From: Terriglobia bacterium | GTDB lineage: Bacteria; Acidobacteriota; Terriglobia; 20CM-2-55-15 | Length of the DNA stretch: 64,000 nucleotides | NCBI GenBank assembly: GCA_963664115.2 | Contig: CAXWPJ010000011.1 | Span: 32,001 to 96,000, forward strand | Direction of reading: 5' to 3' | Made by a program: the position numbers and the translations under genes | Shown: one piece after another, positions 9,370-20,488 of the stretch | Layout: the number at the start of each line of letters is the position of its first letter | How positions within the stretch are numbered: position 1 is the first letter of the stretch | The notes under the pieces: generated by a model | Told to the model about the DNA's origin: nothing | The model's input: the letters and a program-made list of their open reading frames with translations, nothing else | Databases searched by the model: none

Positions 9370-9409
9370 TTCTCAATGTCCGAAAAGATGATTTATCAGG
9401 CGTTGAGAA
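9370..9409 (-). repeat. dif-like palindromic site B (inverted orientation)
   Basis: Reverse complement TTCTCA-ACGCCTGATAA-ATCATC-TTTTCGGACAT-TGAGAA. Confidence 0.8.
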
Positions 9410-9597
9410 TGGATTTCAGCGGTGGTGTGAGACGAACGTGGCGGGACTGATCTCTCGGTTGCGACACCCCAAAAGTATCCATTTTTTTCGAGGAAGTTCC
9501 TCGTCCGTCAAGAAACCTGGACCATAACGGGCGCGCTGATATAGCATGTTTGCATTCCGAACAGCCAGACAATCAGTAAGTTTTTGGAGGCTCAACT

Positions 9598-10254
9598 ATG
9601 AGGACTATTCCACTCCTCGTGACGACATTAGTTCTGTTTATTTCGGCGCCCTCCTTCGCGCAGCAATGGTACGAGCTGGATTGGAGAGAGTATGAGAATA
9701 GTATAGATTCCTTCGGTGTGAGTTTTCCGGGTGAACCTACATTGGAAGACATCCAGTTCATCACGAGTTATCAGGACACCCTGCCGGGGCGTGTCTACAG
9801 CTATGAGGTTGGCCCGAACGGCTACTCGGTCACGGTAGTCGATTACACGGGACTCGAAGAACTAGAGGCAAGGCGGGTCGCGAATTGCCAAGAGGCCGGG
9901 CGTGATGGGGACTCGTGCCAGAACCACTACATGCATGCTATCCGGGGAGCGGTCATCTATGCGATCTGGAATGTCATGAACAGGGGTGGCGAGGTTACGT
10001 ATCTCTCATTCTCGAGGACGGACCTGGTTGAAGGACAGGAGATGTACGTCAGCAACGACGACGGGTCCCGGACCATCGCCGCGAGCTATATGCACGAAGA
10101 TCTCCTTTATATCCTGGAGGCGACCGTGCCCGGCGACTCCCCACCGCCGACTCTGTTCTACAAAAGCTTGCGATTCCTCGACGAGAACCAACAACGGATT
10201 CGCTATCGAACTAATTATGCCAACGGAATTACAAACCCGGATCGTAGCCGTTGA
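9598..10254 (+). CDS. Exported hypothetical protein, co-oriented with a DUF6152-like gene
   Basis: RBS GGAGG, signal peptide, one Cys pair; 218 aa. Confidence 0.8.
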   Translation: MRTIPLLVTTLVLFISAPSFAQQWYELDWREYENSIDSFGVSFPGEPTLEDIQFITSYQDTLPGRVYSYEVGPNGYSVTVVDYTGLEELEARRVANCQEAGRDGDSCQNHYMHAIRGAVIYAIWNVMNRGGEVTYLSFSRTDLVEGQEMYVSNDDGSRTIAASYMHEDLLYILEATVPGDSPPPTLFYKSLRFLDENQQRIRYRTNYANGITNPDRSR

Positions 10255-10320
10255 CCGTCCCCCGGGCGAGCCGAGAACGATCGCGCTGAAACCGCTTCTT
10301 CTGCTATCAGGAGGTTAAAC

Positions 10321-10713
10321 ATGCAGTTTAGATACTTGGGCCTCGCAGCCATTTGTGCCGTTCTTTTGGCCTTACCGGCTTGGGCGCACCATTCCCATAG
10401 CAACTATGACCTGACGGAGTGGGTAGAGTTTGAGGGCACTCTCAGGCAAATGCACTATCTCAACCCGCATTCCTTTCTCTTCGTCGAAATCGAAGATGAG
10501 GCCGGCGACTCCGCCGTGTGGACACTGGAAGCCACCGGTCCAATGGGCATTGAACAGAACGGAGCCAAGCGCGAGGACGTCAGGCCGGGCGACACGATCG
10601 GAGTGCGATGCCATCTTCTCGTTGACGGCTCCAAGGGCTGTCTCCTTGGTTTTGTGACTCCGTTGCACGGTGATCCGGAGCGAGGCCACGGGGTCGCGAT
10701 AGAGTGGGACTAG
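10321..10713 (+). CDS. DUF6152-like exported protein
   Basis: Signal peptide ending AWA|HHS, NPH, WTLE, PGD motifs. Confidence 0.82.
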   Translation: MQFRYLGLAAICAVLLALPAWAHHSHSNYDLTEWVEFEGTLRQMHYLNPHSFLFVEIEDEAGDSAVWTLEATGPMGIEQNGAKREDVRPGDTIGVRCHLLVDGSKGCLLGFVTPLHGDPERGHGVAIEWD

Positions 10714-10734
10714 CAGCCCGTCGCAGCTTTTCGT

Positions 10735-10911
10735 TACTAGGACCGACTGGCGTCAGACTACGATCGCCGATGGTCTTCTTACCTCGACGCCAGAGTGGGG
10801 GAGACGCGCGAGAGACCTGAACCGCACTCTGGCCAAAGCGTACTCGACGTCGGATGTGGAACGGGCATCCTGCTCAAGCGGATAAGCGGTAAAACAGGCG
10901 CCGACGGCTAG
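10735..10911 (+). pseudogene. N-terminal remnant of a class I SAM-dependent methyltransferase
   Basis: DYDRRW...VLDVGCGTGILL, then runs into GCGGATAAGCGG at 10878 and stops. Confidence 0.6.
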
Positions 10912-11005
10912 CAATTCGCTTGACCTCTAGCCTCTCGCCCATATTGCTGCGCATAATCCAGAAATAGGATTTTGGTATCGATGAAAAAAATAGGGGTGTA
11001 AGAAC

Positions 11006-11479
11006 ATGTGGAACAAGATCATTATTGCTTTGGTGCTCACATTATTGTCGTCGAACGCCGTAATGGCGCAGTCTGCGTTTTTCGATCGCAAGCAATTGAC
11101 GACGGATGCGGCCAGAAAAATCGTCGACACTTGTCTCGCCTTTGCGGCCGAGCGCAATGCCGTGGTCGGCGTGGCTGTCGTCGATATGTCCGGTGTTTTG
11201 ATGGATTTCCACGTCATGCAGGCTGGTGGCGCAACAACTGCGGAAACCGCGATCCTCAAAGCGAAGACGGCGGCGCATTGGGGCCGTCCGACCTCCGTAC
11301 TTGAAGAAACGGTCATGAGCGGCGGCAATCAGGCCTCCGTTTGGATCAATGATTTTCCCAAGGGTGGCGGGATACCGATCGTGGTGGACGGTAAGGTTGC
11401 TGGTGCCGTCGGCGTTGGTGGACCGCGATTCCAAGATGAATGCGCGCAGGCCGGTATCGACGCGGTTCTTAACCAGTAG
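11006..11479 (+). CDS. GlcG/HbpS-family haem-binding protein, exported
   Basis: VAVVD.SG, AILKAKTA, GGGIPIVVDGKVAGAVGVGG motifs. Confidence 0.88.
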   Translation: MWNKIIIALVLTLLSSNAVMAQSAFFDRKQLTTDAARKIVDTCLAFAAERNAVVGVAVVDMSGVLMDFHVMQAGGATTAETAILKAKTAAHWGRPTSVLEETVMSGGNQASVWINDFPKGGGIPIVVDGKVAGAVGVGGPRFQDECAQAGIDAVLNQ

Positions 11480-11742
11480 ATTGGTTTCATCGCCGCTTAG
11501 CCTGTCCCAAAATATAGTTGAGATTGTTTCAGGCTTTGGTTGATTTCTTTCGAGCCGGGCGGGAAGGTTTGGGTCGGCAACGGAGGTGATACCACTTCCC
11601 TTTGCTCTCCAAACGCTCTTCGTTGGGAGCAATGCGTATGCAGCAGCGATCACACCAAACTTTCAGATCGGCTGCAGGCTTCTCTTTGGCAGGTTTCATA
11701 GCATAGTTGACCTCGGCGATGTTTACCTGGCCTTGGCCATCC

Positions 11743-11994
11743 TTACTTGGCCTCGGCGATGGGGTCTTCCCCGTCCTCGCCTTTCCGATAGCGCGACACC
11801 GTGGCGCCGCTGTAATCGCCCCGCCCCCCGCATTCAGCTTTCGTGCAGGTCAACACGAGTTTCACAGACCGGCTCACCGGGCTATTCCCTTCGCTCCGAT
11901 CCAGGCTGAACAATATTGGTGAGGCACAGTGCTCGCAGAGCACACCAAGGTACCACCTGTCGTCCTTTGTGCGAGAGGTTCGCCAAGCTTGCAT
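11743..11994 (-). CDS. Small hypothetical protein with two Cys pairs (possible Zn ribbon)
   Basis: CEHC and CTKAEC in 83 aa; no other support. Confidence 0.45.
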   Translation of the reverse strand: MQAWRTSRTKDDRWYLGVLCEHCASPILFSLDRSEGNSPVSRSVKLVLTCTKAECGGRGDYSGATVSRYRKGEDGEDPIAEAK

Positions 11995-12541
11995 ATTGAT
12001 AGAAATTCAACCTTTGAGATCGAGGTTTCTCTTATCCATATCGGAGCAGAAGATTCCCATCGATCATCTGTACAAAGAATCCGACAACAACAGTCACTAT
12101 AACTATGGAAGGCCTGTCCCGGGCCGCAGCGGCGACACCCCTGAAGATTCCGCTTGCCTTGCGATTTCGCTCGAGAGCGCCGTGGCCATCTGTCTAAACA
12201 AGCTGGTCAAATCGTCCGGGGTGGTTTCGAGCGACAGGCTCGCTGCATGTAGTTTTGACGTCAAGAACGGGCCTCGGGAAATGGCGCTTGTCTGTAGGGC
12301 CCTTCGAGAACCTCGCGGGAAAGATTGAGATCGGCAGCGGGAAACCGAGTACTTTCCGGAAAGGGACACGTGGCTCCGAAACAGGAGTCCGACACTAATC
12401 CGCTACCTGAACGATACTCTTTGGCGGGTACAGGGTCAACGGTCATCACGGCAAGCATCGGGACAATCCGCCACGAAACGACAGCCGACGATCCTTTCCA
12501 AGTCGTCTTCGCGGAAGAATCTGTGGAGCAGACCACCGGCT

Positions 12542-13957
12542 CTAGTCGCTGGCGACGAGCCTGCGGATGGTACCGTCGTGCTTGTTCAAAACGAACAACT
12601 GCCCCCCAGGTCCTCTACCAAAACGCAGATCCACCCGCGTCGCGGGATCCTTGCCCTGTTCGCGATTCTTGTCCTGAATCAGTTCGAGCAGCGTCCTGGC
12701 TTCGCCGTCGTCGTTGAGCAAAACCCTGCGGATGGCATCCTGTCCGCCATCAGGAAGGTCGTTCGCGTCGAGGTGAAAGATTTCTCCACTGGGCAGGTCG
12801 CCGAACAGGATGCGGTTCTGCAATTGAGGAATCGCGTTGTCACGGTAAACCACCAGACCGATGGACGCGGATTGAGGCTGGAGCAGCGGATCCAGTTGCC
12901 CGTACTCCGCAATCGGATAGGTCACATCGGGATCGCTCCGTGGGCTTTCCGTGCTCACCGCCTGGCGGCTGATGAAGCCGAAGCTTCCTTCCCAGGTGTT
13001 CCAGCCAAGATTCGCTCCTGCGGTAACCTGACTGATTTCCTCGACGATGTTCTGGCCGATGTCGGTAGAGAACATGTTTCCGTTCTGAGAGTCCCAGGCG
13101 AAGTTCTGGGGATTGCGGACGCCGTAAGCGTAGATCTCTGCCAGTGTCCGATCGTCACCATCGTTGAAGGGATTGTCGGCGGGAATTCCGTACTTTCCGT
13201 TGGCGCTGTTTGAACCGAGAGGGTCGATGCGGAAGATCTTTCCGAAACCCGAATCAAGTTTCTGCGCGTTGAAGAGCGGATCACCGCCGCTACCGCCGTC
13301 GGCGATCCCCACGTACATCAGGCCAAAATCCGCGTCACCCGCCCCGGCAAGAGGGTTGAATCCGATCTGGCCACCATTGTGGTTACGAAAGGGCTGCTCA
13401 AAGCGGAACAATTCCCTCGGAGCGCCGCCATCGTAAGTGGCGGCATCGGGCGTCCTGGCCGTCCACTCCAGCAGAACGGTGTCGTGGGTGTTGCCTCCAC
13501 CACCGGGCACGAAGTCGGGCGCCGGTTCCGTGTCAGTAACGTCACTCCAGGTATAGAACTTGCCAAAACCCGGCGTGCCGGCCTGGCCGAACTGAGGGTG
13601 GAAGGCAAAGCTCTGCATGCCCCGTTCCCTGCCAGTCGAATTGATGCTGAAGCCCCAGTTGTCGGCGTTGGCATCGACGTACTCGGTGACCGTCTCCCCG
13701 TCGTAACTGACGCTGAAAATCGGGCCAAGCATATCGTTGACGAACAGGCGGCCGGTGCCGGACTCATTGATCAATATCATCGGACGCACCGCTTCTCCAT
13801 CGCGATCCGGAAGAGAGGCAAACTCGACGAAGTCGACATTGATGATGCCTTCGAGAGCTTCGATGGGCTGGGGAAAGGGATCGTCCGTCCTCTGAGCGAG
13901 CGCGGGAGACACCATCATCGCCGCGGCCACAATCAATTGAGTCACGTATTTAGTCAT
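12542..13957 (-). CDS. PQQ-dependent glucose/sorbosone dehydrogenase family beta-propeller
   Basis: Signal peptide, QPFRNHNGG, GKIFRIDP, YGVRNP, GANLGW. Confidence 0.9.
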   Translation of the reverse strand: MTKYVTQLIVAAAMMVSPALAQRTDDPFPQPIEALEGIINVDFVEFASLPDRDGEAVRPMILINESGTGRLFVNDMLGPIFSVSYDGETVTEYVDANADNWGFSINSTGRERGMQSFAFHPQFGQAGTPGFGKFYTWSDVTDTEPAPDFVPGGGGNTHDTVLLEWTARTPDAATYDGGAPRELFRFEQPFRNHNGGQIGFNPLAGAGDADFGLMYVGIADGGSGGDPLFNAQKLDSGFGKIFRIDPLGSNSANGKYGIPADNPFNDGDDRTLAEIYAYGVRNPQNFAWDSQNGNMFSTDIGQNIVEEISQVTAGANLGWNTWEGSFGFISRQAVSTESPRSDPDVTYPIAEYGQLDPLLQPQSASIGLVVYRDNAIPQLQNRILFGDLPSGEIFHLDANDLPDGGQDAIRRVLLNDDGEARTLLELIQDKNREQGKDPATRVDLRFGRGPGGQLFVLNKHDGTIRRLVASD

Positions 13958-14155
13958 TCTGATTCCTTCCTTAGTTCTCCCTGCTCAGCTGCAGATTGTG
14001 AGAAATCCTAACATTTGCTCGCAAAAAGTTGTGTAAGAATTCCTGGTGCCTTGGTATCTCTCACTTTCCGGATCGACACCGGACTGTCGCATTGTAGGTC
14101 TGCTGGTCCGCATGGTGTAGCATTCCCGTAGTGTTTGCGTTTATTGGGAGGAACG

Positions 14156-14614
14156 ATGAAGAAACGAATGACGGTCGCAGGCTTATGTTTGCTGGGTGCG
14201 GTTCTGGCCGGGACGGTTCCGGCGCAGGCCGCGCAAGATGCACCTCTGGAGCCTTGCGGCCCGAATCTGGGAACCGATATCAAGAACGTGAGCGGCCACT
14301 CGCGCTGCTTCGAGCTCAGGACGTATACGGTCGGAGAGGGCAGCACGATCGATCAATTGCACACACGCTTTCGCGAGCGAACGACGGCTCTTTTCCGAAA
14401 GCACGGTATGACGATCGTCGGCTACTGGCAGCCGACCACGCAGCCCAACACCTTGATCTACGTGCTGGCATACGCGGATCGCGCTGCGCGGGACGCTGCA
14501 TGGGACGCGTTTAGAAGCGATCCGGACTGGATCGAGACGCGCGAGGAAATGCCCGTCAATGTCCAAGTCGAGAACGTCTTCATGAGCGCGACCGACTACT
14601 CACCCATTAAATAG
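14156..14614 (+). CDS. NIPSNAP family protein, exported
   Basis: FELRTY, RFRE.T..LF.KHGM, WDAFRSDPDW, TDYSP. Confidence 0.88.
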   Translation: MKKRMTVAGLCLLGAVLAGTVPAQAAQDAPLEPCGPNLGTDIKNVSGHSRCFELRTYTVGEGSTIDQLHTRFRERTTALFRKHGMTIVGYWQPTTQPNTLIYVLAYADRAARDAAWDAFRSDPDWIETREEMPVNVQVENVFMSATDYSPIK

Positions 14615-14822
14615 CTGCCTCAGCCCTCCGGGGCGGTGGGACCGCCCCGGAGGAATCACCTGTAAAAGGAACGGACACTTCAGCCGCAACGCACTCGCCA
14701 GGCCACAATGTCGCATGAAGTGTCCGTCCCCTTTCCCCGCATGCAAACATGACGCTTATACGCGTACGGAGCGTATGTGTTGAAATACCGGTTGAAAGCG
14801 TCGTCGACCCATCAAACCATCT

Positions 14823-16061
14823 ATGAACGGACACAAATCACAACCGGGCTTCGGAGAGTTCGTCGCCCTGATGGCGATGATGATGTCACTCGCGGCGCTG
14901 TCGATCGACATGATGCTCCCCGCGCTGCCTGAGATCGGGCGTGATCTCGGTGTCCAGGGCCCCAACGACACCCAGTTGGTCATATCGCTTCTTTTCCTCG
15001 GCTTCGCAGTGGGCCAGATATTCTACGGCCCGCTATCGGACAACACAGGCCGCAAATCTACTGTGTATTTGGGGTTCGGACTGGTTGTTGTCGGCTCCGT
15101 TTGCGCGTTGTTCGCTCCAAGCTTTCCCATAATGCTTTTGGGACGATTCCTTCAAGGCCTTGGCGTGGCGGGCCCGCGCACGATCGTACTGGCCCTGGTC
15201 CGAGACCGCTACGAGGGCCGGACGATGGCCCGGGTCATGTCCTTCGTGATGGCTGTGTTCATTATGGCGCCCGTCGTCGCACCGGCCATGGGACAGGCCA
15301 TCATGGTTCTGGCGGGGTGGCGGGCGATTTTTGGCTTCTATCTCGGCCTGGTGCTTGTCGTTTCCCTCTGGTTTGGACTGCGACAGCCGGAAACACTGGC
15401 CACGGACCGTCGAATCCCGTTCCGGAGGGAGCGAATCGTGCGTGCCGTGCGCGAAGTCCTGGGCAACAGGATTTCCTTTGGGTACACCCTCGCAGCCGGA
15501 CTTATTTTTGGTTCGTTCATCGGTTACCTGAACTCGTCGCAACAGATCTTCCAGGAACAATACGGTCTGGGCCCGTTGTTTCCCTTGTACTTCGGCATTG
15601 GTGCGCTCTCGCTAGGTTGCGCGTCATTCCTGAACGCGACGCTCGTGATGCGTCACGGGATGCGGCCGCTGGTTCTCCGCGCACTGAAATCCATGTCGGG
15701 TATTTCCGTTGTATTTCTGGCCATCGCCTATGCCCTGGCCGGTCACCCACCGTTGTGGCTGTTTATGGGCTACATGCTGATCGTTTTTTTCTGTTCGGGT
15801 ATTCTCTTCGGAAACCTGAACGCTCTTGCGATGGCGCCCATGGGGCACATCGCCGGAACGGCGGCCGCAGTGATCGGATCGCTCTCCACCTTCCTTTCGC
15901 TCGTGCTCGGCACGGCCGTCGGTCAGGCGTACAACGGAACGGTTCTGCCTCTGGTCCTCGGGTTTGCGCTTTTCGGTGTGGCGTCACTCGCCGTCGTGCA
16001 CTGGATCGAACGTGAAACTTCAGAACCTGAAAGCACCGAAACAGTTTCGATCGAAGACTGA
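14823..16061 (+). CDS. Bcr/CflA family MFS efflux transporter
   Basis: About 12 hydrophobic segments; ALSIDMMLPALP, YGPLSD..GRK, GRFLQG. Confidence 0.92.
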   Translation: MNGHKSQPGFGEFVALMAMMMSLAALSIDMMLPALPEIGRDLGVQGPNDTQLVISLLFLGFAVGQIFYGPLSDNTGRKSTVYLGFGLVVVGSVCALFAPSFPIMLLGRFLQGLGVAGPRTIVLALVRDRYEGRTMARVMSFVMAVFIMAPVVAPAMGQAIMVLAGWRAIFGFYLGLVLVVSLWFGLRQPETLATDRRIPFRRERIVRAVREVLGNRISFGYTLAAGLIFGSFIGYLNSSQQIFQEQYGLGPLFPLYFGIGALSLGCASFLNATLVMRHGMRPLVLRALKSMSGISVVFLAIAYALAGHPPLWLFMGYMLIVFFCSGILFGNLNALAMAPMGHIAGTAAAVIGSLSTFLSLVLGTAVGQAYNGTVLPLVLGFALFGVASLAVVHWIERETSEPESTETVSIED

Positions 16062-16110
16062 TAAACTAAAGCGCGTTCGGGTTGCAATGCGGAGCTTCCC
16101 GATCCCAGCA

Positions 16111-17628
16111 ATGAAGCACGACCGATCGCATCGCCGGTTCGTCATCCCAGTGGCCCTTACCGCCCTGCTGGGCTTGGGACTCCTGGCCTCAGAAATCCCC
16201 GCTCTGCTTCAGACAAGCGCACCTCTACCTTTTGTTGTCTACTTCGACGACGGCCCCTTCCCCACGACCAGATCCATCCGCGATGACGCCACGTTTGTAG
16301 AACTGACAGGTCTCATACGACGCATGGGACTTCCATACACCGATGCGACCGCTGCGGGAACGTTTACGATTCGCGGTCCGGCCGGCACATTGGTCGCGAC
16401 GCGCAATGAAGAAACTCTGACGATAGACGGACGGTCACTGCAACTGGAGCGCGCGCCATACACCGACGGTGCCCGCTGGTACGTGCCCCTGGATTTCCTT
16501 ACAGGGGCTCTGGAACAGATCACCGGTGTGAACTTCCGGTATGAACCCGGCGCGCCGCGCATGCTGGCCGGCACTCTCACCGCCACGCGACTCGACATCA
16601 GCGCCGTCGGAAACGAAGGCGAGACACGGCTGACAATACGCTCCGACGTCAGCGTAAATATTCGAGTGCAACAGATTCCCGAGGAAAATCGAGTGATCCT
16701 GGCAATCGATCACGCACCCATCAGACCGTCCGCGGAAACGCTGGAGTACCGCGATGGTTCTATACGATCCGTGCGGTTTGACGATGCCGACGGGCGTTCT
16801 AAGATCCTCGTCGAAACGACGCCGCAGGTCGCGAGCGTCCGACTGACACCCACGGAGGAGAACCGCACCTTTTTTGTGGATTTCGTTCCCGAAAGCGCCC
16901 CGGCCGAAACAGTGGCGACACCACCGGCGCCGGAGCGGGATGGACTGGCCGGGGCCGGTGGCGTGCGGGTGATCGTCATCGATCCGGGCCACGGTGGCCT
17001 GGATGCCGGCGCCGGGGCATCGGGCACGCTTGAAAAAGATCTGACTCTCGCGCTGGCGCGGCGTATCCGCACCCGACTGCAAACCGGGCTCGATACCACC
17101 GTCATTCTCACCCGGGACTCGGATATCGAATTAAGCGGGGAGACACGATCCGCGATCGCCAACAACAACGCAGCCGATCTGCTGATCAGCCTGCACATCG
17201 GTTTTTCTCGAGACCCCAGCGAGACCGGCGCATCGCTGTTTGTCATGAAGGCAATGCCCTCCCCTGGAATCGAAGCCACCGACGGTATTAACGATGCCGC
17301 GTCCGGGCGAGCGCTGTTCCAGCCCTGGTACTGGACCTATGAGTCCCATCTGGCACGCAGCCGGGTCCTGGGAGAAATCTTTCAACGAAGGTTGGCGGCG
17401 GCGATTCCCGGTTGGGAGTTTTCGCTCCGGGAAGCTCCAATCGGTGTCCTCAGGAGCGCAGCCATGCCCGCGATACTCGTCGAGCTGGGTAACGCGAACA
17501 ATCGGGCGAACCTCAAGGCACTCACAAGCCCGGCGCTCCAGGACCGTCTGATCGAGGCGATCGTGCGGTCGGTCACCGAGTTTGGCGCCATTGGAGCCAG
17601 CGAAGCCCTTGACGATGGAGGTGCTTGA
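16111..17628 (+). CDS. N-acetylmuramoyl-L-alanine amidase (Amidase_3)
   Basis: IVIDPGHGG, EKDL, LISLH, ILVELG Zn and catalytic residues; start uncertain (16087 or 16111). Confidence 0.9.
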   Translation: MKHDRSHRRFVIPVALTALLGLGLLASEIPALLQTSAPLPFVVYFDDGPFPTTRSIRDDATFVELTGLIRRMGLPYTDATAAGTFTIRGPAGTLVATRNEETLTIDGRSLQLERAPYTDGARWYVPLDFLTGALEQITGVNFRYEPGAPRMLAGTLTATRLDISAVGNEGETRLTIRSDVSVNIRVQQIPEENRVILAIDHAPIRPSAETLEYRDGSIRSVRFDDADGRSKILVETTPQVASVRLTPTEENRTFFVDFVPESAPAETVATPPAPERDGLAGAGGVRVIVIDPGHGGLDAGAGASGTLEKDLTLALARRIRTRLQTGLDTTVILTRDSDIELSGETRSAIANNNAADLLISLHIGFSRDPSETGASLFVMKAMPSPGIEATDGINDAASGRALFQPWYWTYESHLARSRVLGEIFQRRLAAAIPGWEFSLREAPIGVLRSAAMPAILVELGNANNRANLKALTSPALQDRLIEAIVRSVTEFGAIGASEALDDGGA

Positions 17629-18288
17629 GTGACACGCAAGCTCTCTATCAGCCTCCTGTTGATGGTCGCCGTCGCCGCTCTGTCCGCGCTTTACTTCTTA
17701 ATTGTAGCGGGAGGCGTGGGACAGAATCCGGAACCGGAAAATGACCCGGTATTCGAGGAAACCGTCGCACCCCTCTTCGCGCCCACCGACCCGGCAATCG
17801 AGGCAAGGTTGTTCTTCCCGGGTAACAACAACGACGTGCTATTGCGGACCCGGGACGTAACGATCTTCGCTTCGGTGGAGATAGAAAACCGCGTCCGCCA
17901 GATCGTAGATCAATTAATCCGGGGTGGGGACGACCCGGATCTATTCTACAGACTGCCCTCAGACACTCGACTTAACGAAGTGTTCGTAGCTGATAGTGGC
18001 GTCGTGTATCTGGACTTCAACAGCGCGATCTCGGACAACCATCCCGGGGGTGTGCTTCCTGAGCAGGCGACGATATATTCCATCGTCAACTCGCTCACGT
18101 ACAACCTTGATGCAATCGATCGCGTGAAGATTCTGATCGGTGGCACCGAAAAGGAGACGCTGGCCGGACACTGCCTGCTTCTGTTACCGTTGGAAATGGA
18201 TCTTTCGATCAGCGATATGGCACCCCCAGCGGCACTCTCCACGACCCCCCAGACGGAACGACCTCGCGGGAACGCCAATGAGAATTGA
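17629..18288 (+). CDS. GerMN domain protein
   Basis: N-terminal [26 protein letters not shown]; lies between amidase and rph. Confidence 0.88.
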   Translation: MTRKLSISLLLMVAVAALSALYFLIVAGGVGQNPEPENDPVFEETVAPLFAPTDPAIEARLFFPGNNNDVLLRTRDVTIFASVEIENRVRQIVDQLIRGGDDPDLFYRLPSDTRLNEVFVADSGVVYLDFNSAISDNHPGGVLPEQATIYSIVNSLTYNLDAIDRVKILIGGTEKETLAGHCLLLLPLEMDLSISDMAPPAALSTTPQTERPRGNANEN

Positions 18289-19006
18289 CGGCCGAAACAC
18301 TGACGATCTGCGTCCTGTTCAGCTGACGCCGGACTTCATTCCACACGCGGAGGGTTCCGTGTTGATCGAAGTCGGCCGGACCCGTGTCATCTGTACGGCG
18401 AGCGTTGAGGAGTCCGTGCCCCTCTTTATGCGCGGTAGTAACAAAGGATGGATTACCGCGGAATACTCGATGTTGCCACGCGCGACCGAGAGCCGGACGC
18501 CAAGAGAGGCGTCGCTCGGCCGCAAGTCAGGCCGGACCCAGGAGATCCAGCGCCTCATCGGCAGGTCACTTCGGACCGCCGCCAACCTGGATTTGTTGGG
18601 GGAGCGGACGATCTGGGTCGATTGTGATGTCATCGAGGCCGACGGAGGAACGCGGACAGCTTCGATAACGGGCGCTTTCGTCGCCATGGTCCAGGCCATG
18701 GACAAGCTGGTCGACAAGGGTGCATTGAACACCGTGCCCATCCGGTCCAGTATCGCCGCGGTCAGCGTGGGCATCGTTGATGGTGTTCCGATGCTGGACC
18801 TGAACTACGAAGAAGACGCCAACGCCGAAGTAGACTTCAACGTTGTGATGACCGATCAGCGGGAGTTTGTGGAACTGCAGGGAACCGCGGAACGGCAACC
18901 TTTCTCCAAAACACGCCTGGACGCGCTCCTCGATCTGGCAGAGTCCGGAATAGCACAACTGATTGACACGCAACAACAGGCGCTGGGAGCGATGCGCAAA
19001 CGGTGA
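18278..19006 (+). CDS. rph: Ribonuclease PH
   Basis: [44 protein letters not shown]. Confidence 0.97.
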   Translation: MRIDGRNTDDLRPVQLTPDFIPHAEGSVLIEVGRTRVICTASVEESVPLFMRGSNKGWITAEYSMLPRATESRTPREASLGRKSGRTQEIQRLIGRSLRTAANLDLLGERTIWVDCDVIEADGGTRTASITGAFVAMVQAMDKLVDKGALNTVPIRSSIAAVSVGIVDGVPMLDLNYEEDANAEVDFNVVMTDQREFVELQGTAERQPFSKTRLDALLDLAESGIAQLIDTQQQALGAMRKR

Positions 19007-19596
19007 GGTCCCTGGTCGTTGCCAGTAAGAATCCCGGCAAGGCACACGAGATCGCGACCGTTCTCAGTTCCCTTCATGACTGGAAAGTTGAATCGCTGCC
19101 TGAGGGCATCCCCGACATAGACGAAACTGGAACCACGTTCGTCGAAAATGCGGTTTTGAAAGCGGAGCACTACAGTCGCTCAATCGAGGGCTTGTGTGTG
19201 GCCGACGATTCCGGACTGATCGTGGACGCACTCGGGGGCCGGCCCGGTATCTATTCGGCTCGATACGCGCCGACCGATGACGCGCGTAATCAAAGGCTGC
19301 TCGAAGAATTGGAGCGTATCCCTCCAGGCAGGCGTGACGCCCGCTTTGTCTGCGCCCTGGCGTTGGCCCGAAAGGGACGATCGATCTGGACGGTCGAGGA
19401 ACGTGTCGAAGGACAAATCGCTCCCGCACTTGCCGGAGAATTCGGTTTTGGCTATGACCCACTGTTCTGGGTCCCGGAATTCGAGCAGACGACGGGCCAA
19501 CTGAAACCTGAGATAAAGAACCAGATCAGCCACCGCGGGGTGGCGCTGCGCCGGCTTCAGGAGTACCTCGAAGCCTATCTCGAGACCCGGGAGTGA
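19003..19596 (+). CDS. rdgB: RdgB/HAM1 non-canonical purine NTP pyrophosphatase
   Basis: [37 protein letters not shown]; follows rph. Confidence 0.96.
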   Translation: MRSLVVASKNPGKAHEIATVLSSLHDWKVESLPEGIPDIDETGTTFVENAVLKAEHYSRSIEGLCVADDSGLIVDALGGRPGIYSARYAPTDDARNQRLLEELERIPPGRRDARFVCALALARKGRSIWTVEERVEGQIAPALAGEFGFGYDPLFWVPEFEQTTGQLKPEIKNQISHRGVALRRLQEYLEAYLETRE

Positions 19597-19710
19597 TTAT
19601 TTTACATCCTCGAAAACGATCAATTGCTAACGTAGTAGGGGACGGACCGTTCTAAAGAGAGTGGTCGAAGAATCGCGATTAAGTTTTAGCATACCTTCAG
19701 GAGGTCGACG

Positions 19711-20349
19711 ATGGTGACTTCAGTGTTGATGCTATTGACGCTTCTGGGTCCGATGGAACAGGGACCCAGAGAACTCACGGTCCCGGATGAGTCGCAGATC
19801 AAACCACCACTGGTCGTATCCGAAGGTACCGTCATCCCGGTGAGCCTGATTAACGAGATTTCAACCAAGAACGCCGAAGCCGGCAACGGAGTCTATGCTC
19901 AGACGATTTTTCCGGTCACGGTAAACAACGAAATCGTGATTCCCGTAGGCAGCTACGCCCGCGGCCGAATCGTAAACGCAACGCGTCCCGGACGCGTGAC
20001 GGGAAAAGCCGAGCTGACGATCAACTTCCATACGATTATCCTGCCCAGCGGTTTGACGCTGCCGGTCTTCGGAAGCCTGGGTGGCGTCGGTGGTGTCGCC
20101 GAAAGACAGGGAGAAGCGACGGTCAGTGGTGACTCCACGAAAGGCAAAGACGTGGGTACCGTCGCCACAACCGCAGGCACGGGCGCGGTCATCGGGGCGA
20201 TCAGCGGTGGCGGCAAAGGCGTGGCCATTGGAGCCGGGGCCGGCGCGGCGGCTGGAATCGCTCAAGTTCTTCTGAGCCGCGGAGAGGATCTTACCCTGCC
20301 CCGCGGTACGACAATCGAGGTGGTACTCGACCGTCCGCTGGAGCCCTGA
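19711..20349 (+). CDS. TrbI/VirB10-like Gly-zipper exported protein
   Basis: GTVIPV.L...IST, IPVGS, Gly-zipper region, LPRGT.IEV.L..PL. Confidence 0.7.
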   Translation: MVTSVLMLLTLLGPMEQGPRELTVPDESQIKPPLVVSEGTVIPVSLINEISTKNAEAGNGVYAQTIFPVTVNNEIVIPVGSYARGRIVNATRPGRVTGKAELTINFHTIILPSGLTLPVFGSLGGVGGVAERQGEATVSGDSTKGKDVGTVATTAGTGAVIGAISGGGKGVAIGAGAGAAAGIAQVLLSRGEDLTLPRGTTIEVVLDRPLEP

Positions 20350-20413
20350 ACAGATTTGCAACCCCCCGCTCTTTCCATTACCTTTAATTGACAGGGCCCA
20401 TGGAGGGCCGTCA

Positions 20414-20488
20414 CGGGGCGTAGCGTAGTCCGGTCAGCGCGCCTGCTTTGGGAGCAGGAGGCCGGGAGTTCGAATCTCCCCGCCCCGA
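20414..20488 (+). tRNA. tRNA-Pro (TGG)
   Basis: Acceptor CGGGGCG/CGCCCCG; anticodon arm CCTGC-TTTGGGA-GCAGG; T-loop TTCGAAT. Confidence 0.96.
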
